From assembly GCA_903923175.1 (NCBI GenBank), contig CAIXWQ010000822.1:1-48732 (forward strand): 48,732 nt of DNA, read 5' to 3'. Under the pieces are notes generated by a model that ran no database searches, had not been told where the DNA came from, and worked only from the letters and a program-made list of their open reading frames with translations. A program made the position numbers and the translations under genes. Each line of letters opens with the position of its first letter. The first letter of the stretch is position 1. This stretch comes from an uncultured delta proteobacterium (GTDB lineage: Bacteria; Myxococcota_A; Polyangia; Polyangiales; JADJMO01). Positions 40,101-47,069 of the stretch are shown piece after piece.

Positions 40101-42835
40101 CCCTTGTCGCCGAGCACGTCGTCCGCGAAGCCCTGCAGCGCCTTCTTCGGTCCGACCTCGACGAACACCCGCGCGCCCTGCGCGTAGAGCGTCTGCAGCC
40201 CTTTGACGAACTGCACCGGCGCCGCCACCTGCTCGCCGAGCAGGTCGATCATCTGCGCGAGCGTGACGTCGGCCGGATAGAGCTCGCCGGTCACGTTGGC
40301 GACGATCGGCACCTTCGGCGTCGCGAGGCGCAGCCGCGCGAGCTGCACCTTGAGCGGCGCGCTCGCCGGCGCGACGATCTTCGTGTGGAAGGCGTGGCTC
40401 ACCGAGAGCATCACGACGGCCATGCGCGCCGCCTGGAGCTTCTCGACGGCCTCCTTGACCCCATCGGTGGAGCCGCCGATCACGACCTGCTTGTTGCTGT
40501 TGAGGTTCGCCGTCACCACGTAGCCGGTGACCGTCTTCAGGATCTCCTGGATCTTCTCCGAAGAGCCCACCGCCGCGGCCATGAGCCCGCAGTCGCCCAC
40601 CGCGACGTGGCTCATCTCCTTGCCGCGCGCGCTCACCGCCTCGAGCGCGTCGTCGAAGGGCAGGCACCCGGCCGCGACCAGCGCGCCGTACTCGCCGAGA
40701 CTGTGCCCCATGACCATGTCGGGGCGTACGCCGTAGGCGTCGAGCACCCGCGCGAGCGCGAGATCCACGGTGAGCACCGCGGGCTGCGTCACCGCCGTCT
40801 GCCGCAGCGCCTCCTCGGCGCCCTTCACCGCGTTTTCGTCCTTCGGATCGACGAAGACCAGCTCGCTCAGCGCCTTGCCGAGCAGCGGCGTCAGCTTGCG
40901 GTCGGCGTCCGCGAAGAGCTCGCGCACCAGCGGCTCGCGCTCGCGCAGCTCGCGGAGCATGTTCGCGTACTGCGAGCCCTGACCCGTGAAGAGGAACGCG
41001 ACCTTCGGCGCCGGGCCGGTCCCGCGGAACACGCCCTGCGCGCGCAGCGCCTTCCAAGCGTTGGGCGCGTTGGACTGCATCGCCGACTCGGCCTTCGCCG
41101 CCTTGGCGGCGAGCTCCGACGCGTCGCCGAAGTCGATCGCGATGCGCTCTTGCGCCTTCAGATCACGCTCCGCCGGCGCCGCGGGCTGCGGGGCGATACC
41201 CGCCTCGGCTTCCTTGCGCGCCCTCACGAGCCGCTGGAGAAGCTCCCCCTCGGTCGCGGCGCCGAGCACCAGAGCCCCACGCAGCGGCGCCTTCGCGGCA
41301 GCCTTCGCGCCCGCGCCCCCGTTCGCCAGCTGCTCCTTCGCCATCGCCTTCGCCCCCTCGCCGTCCGCCGTCGGCTCCGCGGAGAAGCCGCGTCCCCGCG
41401 GCTTGCTCGTGAGCCGCCCCGGCACGTGCTCCTCGAGCACCATGTGGAAGTTGGTGCCACCGAACCCGAACGCGCTCAGGCCCGCGGCGCGCACGCCCGA
41501 CGCCGGGCGCTCCCAAGGGCGCAGCTCGGTGTTCACGCGGAAGGGGGAGCGCGACCAGTCGTAGTTGGGATTCGGCTTCGCGTAGTTCAGGCTCGGCGGC
41601 AGCACCTTCTCGTGCAGCGCGAGCACCGCCTTGAGCAGCCCCGCCGCGCCGGCCGCGCTCTTCAGGTGGCCGATGTTCGACTTCACCGACCCGAGCGCCA
41701 CCGAGCCCGGGCGCAGCCCCGCGCCCAGCGTCTCCGAGAGTGCGTTGACCTCGACGACGTCGCCGACGGGCGTCGAGGTGCCGTGCGCCTCGATCATCAT
41801 CCCCTCGGAGGGCGCGACCCCCGCGGCCTTCCACGCGCGCTGCACCGCGAGCCTTTGCCCGATCGGGTTCGGCGCCGTGATCCCCTTGCCCTTGCCGTCG
41901 CTCGAGCCCGCCATCCCGCGCAGCACGGCGTAGATGCGATCGCCCGCCTTCTCCGCGTCCGCGAGGCGCTTGAGCACGAACAGCGCCGCGCCCTCGCCCA
42001 TCACGAAGCCGTCGGCGCCGTCGGCGAACGGGCGCGTGCCGGTGGCCGAGAGCGCGCCGATCTTCGAGAACTTCACGAACGTGCTGGCGCCCATGTTGCG
42101 GTCGACGCCGCCCGTGACCACCGCGTCGAACTCGCCCGCGACGAGCCCCTCGCGCGCGGCGCTGATCGCCGCCATCGCGGAGGCGCAGGCGGCGTCGCAG
42201 GTGAAGTTCGGCCCGCGCAGGTTGAAGACGTTGGCGATGCGACCGGCGATGCAGTTGGACAGCTCGCCCGGCATCGTGTCTTCGGTGATCGGCGGCAGCT
42301 CCTCGCCGATCCGCTGGTGGTACTCGGCGACGATCCGCGCCCGTGTCGCGGCCGGCAGCGCGCCGAACGCCGCGCCTTGCTCGAGCCAGCGCGCGAACTC
42401 GGGGAACGTCGCGCGGAACGACGTCCGGTAGTTCTTCTCGCCCCCCATCGCGTTGCCGAGGATCACCGCGGTGCGCTCGAGGTCGAGCGGACGATCGGGG
42501 TGCCCCGCGTCGATCAGCGCCGCGCGCGCGCACGCGACGGCCCACTTCTGCCCCTCGTCCATCGCCTCCGCGACGCGCGGCGGAATGGCGAGCTTCCACG
42601 CCGTCGGCTCCCACGGCGCGCTGCGCACCCAGCCGCCGATCTTGGAGTACGTCTTGTCCGGCGCGGCGTGATCGTCGTCGAAGTACAGCGTCGAATCCCA
42701 GCGATCGGCCGTCACGTCCGAGACGCTGTAGCGACCGCCTTTGACGTTCTCCCAGAAGGCGCCCGCGCTCGGGGCGTCCGGGAGGATGGCGCTGATGCCG
42801 ACGACGGCGATGGCTTGGTGGCTGGTGTCGTCCAT
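34121..42835 (-). CDS. Iterative type I PKS/FAS, PfaA-like: KS-AT-KS-ACPx4-KR-DH
   Basis: KS1 (DAACAS, EAHGTST, NIGHLK); AT (GQGSQ, GHSLGE, HAFH, malonyl-type); KS2 (NSACAS, SHETYT, TGHPM); four EKTGYP...LEADLG(I/V)DTVKQ ACPs; KR (VTGAAGSIT, YSAAN); DH (DHRIDGVAVLPG). No ER or TE seen. Confidence 0.93.
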   Translation of the reverse strand: MDDTSHQAIAVVGISAILPDAPSAGAFWENVKGGRYSVSDVTADRWDSTLYFDDDHAAPDKTYSKIGGWVRSAPWEPTAWKLAIPPRVAEAMDEGQKWAVACARAALIDAGHPDRPLDLERTAVILGNAMGGEKNYRTSFRATFPEFARWLEQGAAFGALPAATRARIVAEYHQRIGEELPPITEDTMPGELSNCIAGRIANVFNLRGPNFTCDAACASAMAAISAAREGLVAGEFDAVVTGGVDRNMGASTFVKFSKIGALSATGTRPFADGADGFVMGEGAALFVLKRLADAEKAGDRIYAVLRGMAGSSDGKGKGITAPNPIGQRLAVQRAWKAAGVAPSEGMMIEAHGTSTPVGDVVEVNALSETLGAGLRPGSVALGSVKSNIGHLKSAAGAAGLLKAVLALHEKVLPPSLNYAKPNPNYDWSRSPFRVNTELRPWERPASGVRAAGLSAFGFGGTNFHMVLEEHVPGRLTSKPRGRGFSAEPTADGEGAKAMAKEQLANGGAGAKAAAKAPLRGALVLGAATEGELLQRLVRARKEAEAGIAPQPAAPAERDLKAQERIAIDFGDASELAAKAAKAESAMQSNAPNAWKALRAQGVFRGTGPAPKVAFLFTGQGSQYANMLRELREREPLVRELFADADRKLTPLLGKALSELVFVDPKDENAVKGAEEALRQTAVTQPAVLTVDLALARVLDAYGVRPDMVMGHSLGEYGALVAAGCLPFDDALEAVSARGKEMSHVAVGDCGLMAAAVGSSEKIQEILKTVTGYVVTANLNSNKQVVIGGSTDGVKEAVEKLQAARMAVVMLSVSHAFHTKIVAPASAPLKVQLARLRLATPKVPIVANVTGELYPADVTLAQMIDLLGEQVAAPVQFVKGLQTLYAQGARVFVEVGPKKALQGFADDVLGDKGDVLTLGTNHPKLGDVTSLNHALCGLYSRGLGTAAVEERAMSAAASALSASRAVATSELPGRPSASPSTSTSTGTGTAFGGGREAEIGRMFLQLLDRAGISGGVGGAGATSARREAPVITGAALGLPGTERIFDDGNVARILAGEQFIDVIPARLRRAMVDKHVTRLVKKEGQDPVFEIIDDVADVIKLAGRAGAFDLTAEYGVPADRASALDVTSRMAIAVAIDALRDAGIPLVPRYKRTTKGTYLPDGWSLPESMRDDTGIVFASAFPGINELVGDLDRFHEDHARRERLAELTSLRARLGPNDALGIELDRRVRELTEEIATKAFGYDRRFLFKVLAMGHSQLAEYIHARGPNTQINSACASTTQAITLAEDWIAAGRCRRVLVVAADDITSDRLLGWFGTGFLAAGAAATDESVSDAATPFDRRRHGMIVGMGAAGLVIESPESARERAVTPIGEVLATVTANSAFHGTRLDVEHITATMESLVRDAEERWGISRRQIATQLVFMSHETYTPARGGSAAAEITALRHVFGDLTDQIVIANTKGFTGHPMAAGLEDVIAVKALETGVVPKVPNYKEVDPDLGVLNLSKGGSYPIEFALRLAAGFGSQISMSLVHRTTLGARPSPSALGFQNRVADRAAYERWLAGVSGQASPQLEVVHHTLRVKDLGVAAHAQQQAQAPRKAMNEPPPRAPTPVSAPTPAAAPSPTAAPAPAATAATAARDEIAERVLALVTEKTGYPRDMLALDLDLEADLGIDTVKQAEVFATIRAAYDIPRDDAVKLRDYPTLGHVIGFVRSRRPDLGAHAAPAPAPAAAAVTTPAPGAAPAPATDEVTERVLALVTEKTGYPRDMLALDLDLEADLGVDTVKQAEVFATIRAAYDIPRDDTVKLRDYPTLGHVIGFVRSRRPDLAAVPAAAPSPAAAPGAAPAAAATSAADEVTERVLALVAEKTGYPRDMLELDLDLEADLGVDTVKQAEVFATIRQAYDIPRDDSIKLRDYPTLGHVIRFVHARRPDLVAVATATAAAVPPPAAAPAANPAAGVDEVAERVLALVAEKTGYPRDMLELDLDLEADLGVDTVKQAEVFATIRAAYDIPRDDSIKLRDYPTLGHVIRFVHTRRPDLAARRANADANANATPVPSPSPSAQTESSSGDQTRYPRRVPVPVLRPSLDVCRATGASLEGKRVVVMADAGGIADALVGALSAHGAQPLVVRDAPTRELLEARLAGWLAEGPIHGVYWLPALDAEGPLAAMDVARWRAAVHVRVKLAHATMRALYASLDAPGAFFVSATRLGGQHGYDAAGAQLPLGGAVTGFTKAIAREKPGALVKCVDFPVAADAAEIVASLVDETLRDPGAVEIGRKDGLRWTVGLAERPVQDASPSLPSGAGGGGKVFVVTGAAGSITSAITADLAAATGGTFFLLDRIPAPDRANPDLERVEGDREALKRDLYERLKARGERATPALVERELATLERALAAKRAMAAVESAGGKARWFSADLRDADAMTAVMAAIRAEAPRVDVLVHAGGLEISRLVPDKSADEFDLVFDAKAEGMFHLLRGLDGVELGALVVFSSIAGRFGNGGQTDYSAANDFLCKVASSLRSTRPGTRGVAIDWTAWASIGMASRGSIPKLMEAAGIEMLPPTVGIPVVRQELAREVGVGEVVLAGTLGMLLKERDEAGGVDVASFAATHPLRGPMLGHVTGMTVQDGLCVETTLDPAKQGFLFDHRIDGVAVLPGVMGVEAFAEVASLLLPGWSVSSVEDVEFAAPFKFYRDEPRTLTVHAVLEADGADVVARCTLLGKRVLPGQGEQTTEHYRARVRLGRHAPEADAVAAPKAPNGAGPADVVSGDIYRIYFHGPAYRVLERAWRVGDGAAALITHALPDNHHPAELPTLTAPRLIESCFQTAGIWEMGTSGKMGLPQHIDRVTTLRPLHEAGGPRLFAIAVPLEGEGGGYDARIVDEDGRVYVEVKGYRTVTLPVAVDAKLLEPLRSAMA
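36737..37933 (-). repeat. Four tandem near-identical ACP-domain repeats (~240 bp each) with Ala/Pro linkers
   Basis: Repeats of DEV.ERVLALV.EKTGYPRDML.LDLDLEADLG.DTVKQAEVFATIR.AYDIPRDD..KLRDYPTLGHVI.FV..RRPDL. Confidence 0.95.
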
Positions 42836-42896
42836 GACGGAGCCTCGGGAGTGGAACTCGGTGACGGAATCGGTCGCGGGGGGCGGGCCCTGGCGT

Positions 42897-44573
42897 TCAG
42901 CTCGGGCGCGTCTTGCCGTAGAGGGCGTCGCGCACCTGATCGAGGTCCTCGATCAGCCCGACCTGCCCGCGGTGGATGGCCTCGACGCCGAGCGCCTGGG
43001 CGAGCGGGCCGACGAGGCCGTCGTGCACGCCGCCGGCCCCGACCACCCAGCGCATCCCTTCGGAGACGACCTTGAGCGCGGCCTCGCGCGCGTAGATCCG
43101 CGAGAGCGCGGCGAGCGTCGGCGCGTCGAAGCGGCCGTCGGTCTTCGCGTTCAGCGTGCCGGCCGCGGCGCCCGCCGCGCGCTTGGCGAACGCGCCGGCG
43201 CACTCGGCCCACGCGATGAGCTCGCCGAGGCGGAGCAGCACGTGCTGGTGGCGCGTGAGGCGCGCCGCGCGGCTGCGCTCGAGCAGCTCGCCCATCGCGC
43301 GGAGCCCCTGCGCCGCGAGCAGCGCGCCGACGTTCGGGTGCTTGCCGTGCAGCGCGTCGAGCTCCTTCGCCCGCTCCGCGTAGTACTGGCCGCGCGTCTT
43401 GAGGTGGAGCTGCCACCGGTCGCGCGCGATGGTCATCTCGAGGATCTCGCTCGTCCCCTCGTAGATGGTCGTGATGCGTACGTCGCGCTTGTACTTCTCG
43501 ACCATGTACTCGTGGACGTAGCCGTAGCCGCCGAGCGCCTGGATCGAGGCCTCGGCCGCGGCGTTCCCCGCCTCCGACGACATGTACTTGGCGATCGCGC
43601 CCTCGGTGTTGAACTGCCCCTGCATGCCGTGGGCTCCGTCGATGAGCTCCGCCGTCTCCTCGATGCACGCGCGCCCGGCCTCGAGCTGCGCGATGCGCGG
43701 GATGATCAGCTTGTGCGTGTACCCCTGCTTCTCGGAGAGCGGCGAGCCGCCTTGCACGCGCTCGACCGAGTACGGGATCGCGCGGTCGAGCGCCCCCCAG
43801 CCGGCGCCGAGGCCGAACGACGCGACCATCACGCGCGTGTACCCGAACACCGCCTGCGCCTTCAGCAGCCCTTGCCCCTCGACGCCGCCGATCAGGCGAT
43901 CGGCGTCGACGTACACCTCGTCGAGCGTGAGCGGCGCGGTGTTGGAGAGTCGGATTCCGTGCTTCTCCTCGTGCGGGCCGGCCGAGAACCCCTCGGCCCC
44001 TTTCTCCACCACGAACCACGAGGGCCCGTCCGGGGTCGCCGCGAGGATCGTGTAGAAATCGGCGATGCTGCCGTTGCTGATCCACTGCTTGGAGCCGCTG
44101 ATGCGGTAGCCGACGACCTTGCCGTCCTCCTCGATGCGCGTGGCGACGGTCTTGATCGCGCCGAGGTCGCTGCCGGCCGAGGGCTCGGTCGCGCCGTACG
44201 CGACGAGCGCCCCCTCCTCCGCGATCTTCGTCAGCCACTTCTGCTGCTGCGCAGGGGTGCCGCCGACGCTGATGGGATCGCTGCCGAGGAAGGTCGCGAG
44301 CACCGAGGTCGCGACCCCGAGATCCACGTGCGCGAGCGCCTCGCAGGTGCGATAGACGTCGAAGGTGGAGCCGCCGAGGCCGGAGTGCTCGGCGGGCACG
44401 AACAGCAGCTGGATGCCGAGCTCGCTGCCGTACATCCGGCGGATGACCTCGAGCGGGACCTCGTCGGCGCGATCCCACGCGAGGAGCTTCTCGTCCGAGA
44501 GCTCGCGGTGGGCGAATTCCTTCAACGAGGAGAGCACGCTCTCCAGCGATTCCTTGTCGAGTCCTGCGGCCAT
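42897..44573 (-). CDS. Acyl-CoA dehydrogenase with C-terminal extension
   Basis: ATG 44573 after GAGGAG. YGATEPSAGSD, ISGSKQWISNG, KHGIRLSNT, QALGGYGY and IYEGTSEI (catalytic Glu). Confidence 0.93.
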   Translation of the reverse strand: MAAGLDKESLESVLSSLKEFAHRELSDEKLLAWDRADEVPLEVIRRMYGSELGIQLLFVPAEHSGLGGSTFDVYRTCEALAHVDLGVATSVLATFLGSDPISVGGTPAQQQKWLTKIAEEGALVAYGATEPSAGSDLGAIKTVATRIEEDGKVVGYRISGSKQWISNGSIADFYTILAATPDGPSWFVVEKGAEGFSAGPHEEKHGIRLSNTAPLTLDEVYVDADRLIGGVEGQGLLKAQAVFGYTRVMVASFGLGAGWGALDRAIPYSVERVQGGSPLSEKQGYTHKLIIPRIAQLEAGRACIEETAELIDGAHGMQGQFNTEGAIAKYMSSEAGNAAAEASIQALGGYGYVHEYMVEKYKRDVRITTIYEGTSEILEMTIARDRWQLHLKTRGQYYAERAKELDALHGKHPNVGALLAAQGLRAMGELLERSRAARLTRHQHVLLRLGELIAWAECAGAFAKRAAGAAAGTLNAKTDGRFDAPTLAALSRIYAREAALKVVSEGMRWVVGAGGVHDGLVGPLAQALGVEAIHRGQVGLIEDLDQVRDALYGKTRPS

Positions 44574-44963
44574 CGATCTTCCCCGCTCCTCTCGCGTCCC
44601 GTCGAAACGGGCGTCCCTGGCAGCCGCCTCGGTAGGCGCGAGCCACCAAGCGCACAACGCCAAACGCGCGAATGACGCGCTCGCGCACTGGGGAATTCGG
44701 AATACCTCTCTGCGCTCGGTCGCTCGACCCGTCGCACGCGGCGAAGGCGCGAAGCGCGCTGCGCTCGACAAAGCCGCCGCGGAGCCTCGTGACGCGCGCG
44801 CCGCGCACGCGCGTTCGCACTCGGATTCGGCGAATACCGTAGGGGGGTCACCATCGACGCTGCGCGGCGTGGAATCCGTGTGCCGCGGCAAGTTCTCGCG
44901 GCCAGGCCTCGCGCGCCCGAGGCGATGGGCCGCCGCGCGTCGTCCGAGTGGCCATCAGCGTGA

Positions 44964-44978
44964 CTGATTGCCAATCAG
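44964..44978. promoter_or_regulatory. AT-rich palindrome CTGATTG-C-CAATCAG, candidate transcription-factor site
   Basis: Perfect 7-1-7 inverted repeat in the 513-bp divergent intergenic region between the PKS operon and the terB operon. Confidence 0.45.
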
Positions 44979-45086
44979 CGGAGAGGCGTTTCGCCTTCTC
45001 CGCCGGCGCGTCCGGCGCCGCCCGCCGCCGGCGCACCGCGGAGGCTCCGGCTCGCCGAGCCGCCTGCCGTCGTCTACGCTGCCCCG

Positions 45087-45470
45087 ATGACGCCGCAAGA
45101 GAAGACGATCGTGAGGGCGCTGGTCGCGGTCGCGTGGGCCGACGGCGACATGCAGGCGCCAGAGGCCGGCGTGATCGAGGGGCTCCTCGCCGGCTTCGAC
45201 GCGTCGGACGAGGAGACCGCGGAGCTCGTCGAGTACGCGCGCTCCCCACGCACGCTCCGCGAGCTCGCGGTCGAGGGGCTCACCGACGACGACAAGGACA
45301 CCCTGCTGCGCAACGCGGCGCTGCTCGTGTGCGCGGACGGCGTCGAGACCGAGGGCGAGCGCGTCCTGCTCGCCCACCTCGCCGACGTGCTCGAGGTCGG
45401 CGAGGCCGAGCGCGCCGAAATCATCCTCTCGGTGCGCGGCGGCCTGGGCGACGTCCGACGCGGCTTTTAG
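45087..45470 (+). CDS. TerB-like (tellurite resistance / DjlA-type) helical protein
   Basis: VAVAWADG...E and LVCADGVETEGERVLLAHLADVL duplicated TerB motifs. Confidence 0.85.
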   Translation: MTPQEKTIVRALVAVAWADGDMQAPEAGVIEGLLAGFDASDEETAELVEYARSPRTLRELAVEGLTDDDKDTLLRNAALLVCADGVETEGERVLLAHLADVLEVGEAERAEIILSVRGGLGDVRRGF

Positions 45471-45548
45471 CGGGTAGGGAGCCCCGGCGCGGGGGATCGC
45501 CGGGATCGCCCCCGGCGGGCCGGCCAAGTGCTGGTAGGCTCCCTCGCG

Positions 45549-47069
45549 ATGACCGATCGGATCCGCATCCCTGCGGTCGGCCGCGACCACGACGACATCC
45601 TGAAGTCGATGGAGGCCTTCCGCGCCGGCGACGCCGACTGGCGCGACGGGCGCACCTGGAGCCTCGTCTACTACGCGGGGGAGAAGCACCATCGGCTGCT
45701 CAAGCAGGCGAGCGAGCTGTTCTTCACCGAGAACGCGCTCAACCCGATGGCCTTCCGCAGCCTCAAGCGGATGGAGGCCGAGGTCGTCCAGATGGCGGCC
45801 TCGATGCTCCACGGGCCGCTGGGGCACGCGCCTGGCGAGGGGTGCGTCGGCACGCTCACCACCGGCGGCACCGAGTCGGTGCTGATGGCCGTCAAGGCCG
45901 CGCGTGACCGCGCCCGCGCCAAGAAGCCGTGGATCCGCAGGCCCGAGATCGTCGCGCCTTCGACCATCCACGTCGCGCTCGACAAGGCGGCGCACTACTT
46001 CGGGATGAAGGTCCGCTTCGTCGACGTGGGCCCCGATTTCCGGGCCGATCCGCGCGCGATGGAGCGGAAGATCAACCGCAACACGGTGCTGATCTGCGCG
46101 TCCGCGCCGCAGTACCCGCACGGCGTCGTCGATCCGATCGAGGAGATCGGCGCCATCGCGGAGGCGCGCGGGATCCCGTTCCACGTCGACGCCTGCATCG
46201 GCGGCTTCGTGCTCCCGTGGGTCGAGAAGCTCGGCTTCCCCGTCCCCGTGTTCGACTTCCGGGTGCCGGGCGTCACCTCGATGTCGGCGGACGTGCACAA
46301 GTACGGCTTCGCGGCGAAGGGCGCCTCGGTCGTGCTCTACCGCGACATGAGCTACCTGCGGCACCAGTTCTTCGTGTCGACCGACTGGTCCGGCGGCATC
46401 TACGCCTCGCCGAGCATGACCGGCACGCGCGCCGGCGGGCCGATCGCGGCGGCCTGGGCGTCGCTGGTGGCGATGGGCGAGGAGGGGTTCCTCGACCACA
46501 CGCGCCGCGCGATGACCGCCGCCAGGCGGCTGCAGGAGGGGCTCGCGCAGATCCCGGAGGTCACGGTCTTCGGCAAACCCGACGCGACGATCGTCTCCTG
46601 GGGGGCCAGGCGCGCGGCGAGCGAGGGGGGCGTCAACCTCTTCGCGATCGCCGATCGCCTGCAATCCAAGGGGTGGAGCGTCGATCGGCAGCAGAACCCG
46701 CCGAGCATCCACTGCACGGTCACGTCGAACCACGAAGCGGTGATCGACGACTACCTGCGTGACGTGCGCGAGGCCGTGGAGCACGTGGTCGCGCACCCCG
46801 AGCTCGGGGCCAGCGGCAACGCGGCGATGTACGGGATGATGGCGAAGGTGCCGTTCCGCGCGCTCGTGAAGAAGAGCGTGATGCAGGTGATGGAGGCGCT
46901 CTACGGCACCTCGATCGAGCCGCCGGATCCGGACAAGCTCGGCGAGGCCGACGCGAGCCCGCTCATGAAGGTGATCAACAAGTACGGTGGCACCATCGAC
47001 GCCGTGCTCGAGAAGGTCGACGCCGCCCGCGGCAAGGTGCTCGGCAAGCGCCCGGGGTCGCGCGCATGA
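45549..47069 (+). CDS. PLP-dependent sphingosine-1-phosphate lyase-like enzyme (group II decarboxylase family)
   Basis: NALNP..F.SL..MEAEVV, TTGGTES, H.A.DKAAHYFG, SAPQYPHGVVDPIEE, HVDACIGGF, SADVHKYG (PLP Lys) and WSGGIYASP...GTRAG. Confidence 0.88.
   Translation: MTDRIRIPAVGRDHDDILKSMEAFRAGDADWRDGRTWSLVYYAGEKHHRLLKQASELFFTENALNPMAFRSLKRMEAEVVQMAASMLHGPLGHAPGEGCVGTLTTGGTESVLMAVKAARDRARAKKPWIRRPEIVAPSTIHVALDKAAHYFGMKVRFVDVGPDFRADPRAMERKINRNTVLICASAPQYPHGVVDPIEEIGAIAEARGIPFHVDACIGGFVLPWVEKLGFPVPVFDFRVPGVTSMSADVHKYGFAAKGASVVLYRDMSYLRHQFFVSTDWSGGIYASPSMTGTRAGGPIAAAWASLVAMGEEGFLDHTRRAMTAARRLQEGLAQIPEVTVFGKPDATIVSWGARRAASEGGVNLFAIADRLQSKGWSVDRQQNPPSIHCTVTSNHEAVIDDYLRDVREAVEHVVAHPELGASGNAAMYGMMAKVPFRALVKKSVMQVMEALYGTSIEPPDPDKLGEADASPLMKVINKYGGTIDAVLEKVDAARGKVLGKRPGSRA

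Noticed and set aside
34121-42835. Calling the synthase pfaA (PUFA synthase) or an enediyne PKSE
   Set aside because: No pfaB/C/D-type KS-CLF-AT, FabA-DH or ER genes and no enediyne cassette are present. The extra KS and Thr-ACPs differ from both.
34307-43075. 2922-aa plus-strand ORF and other long Arg/Ala-rich ORFs (e.g. 28364-32722, 28048-31287, 17523-21074, 16879-20355, 22583-25633)
   Set aside because: These are antisense or alternate-frame shadows of real genes. High GC3 removes stop codons, and they contain no recognisable motifs.
45087-45470. Tellurite resistance operon
   Set aside because: Only a lone TerB-like gene is present, with no terA/C/D/Z.
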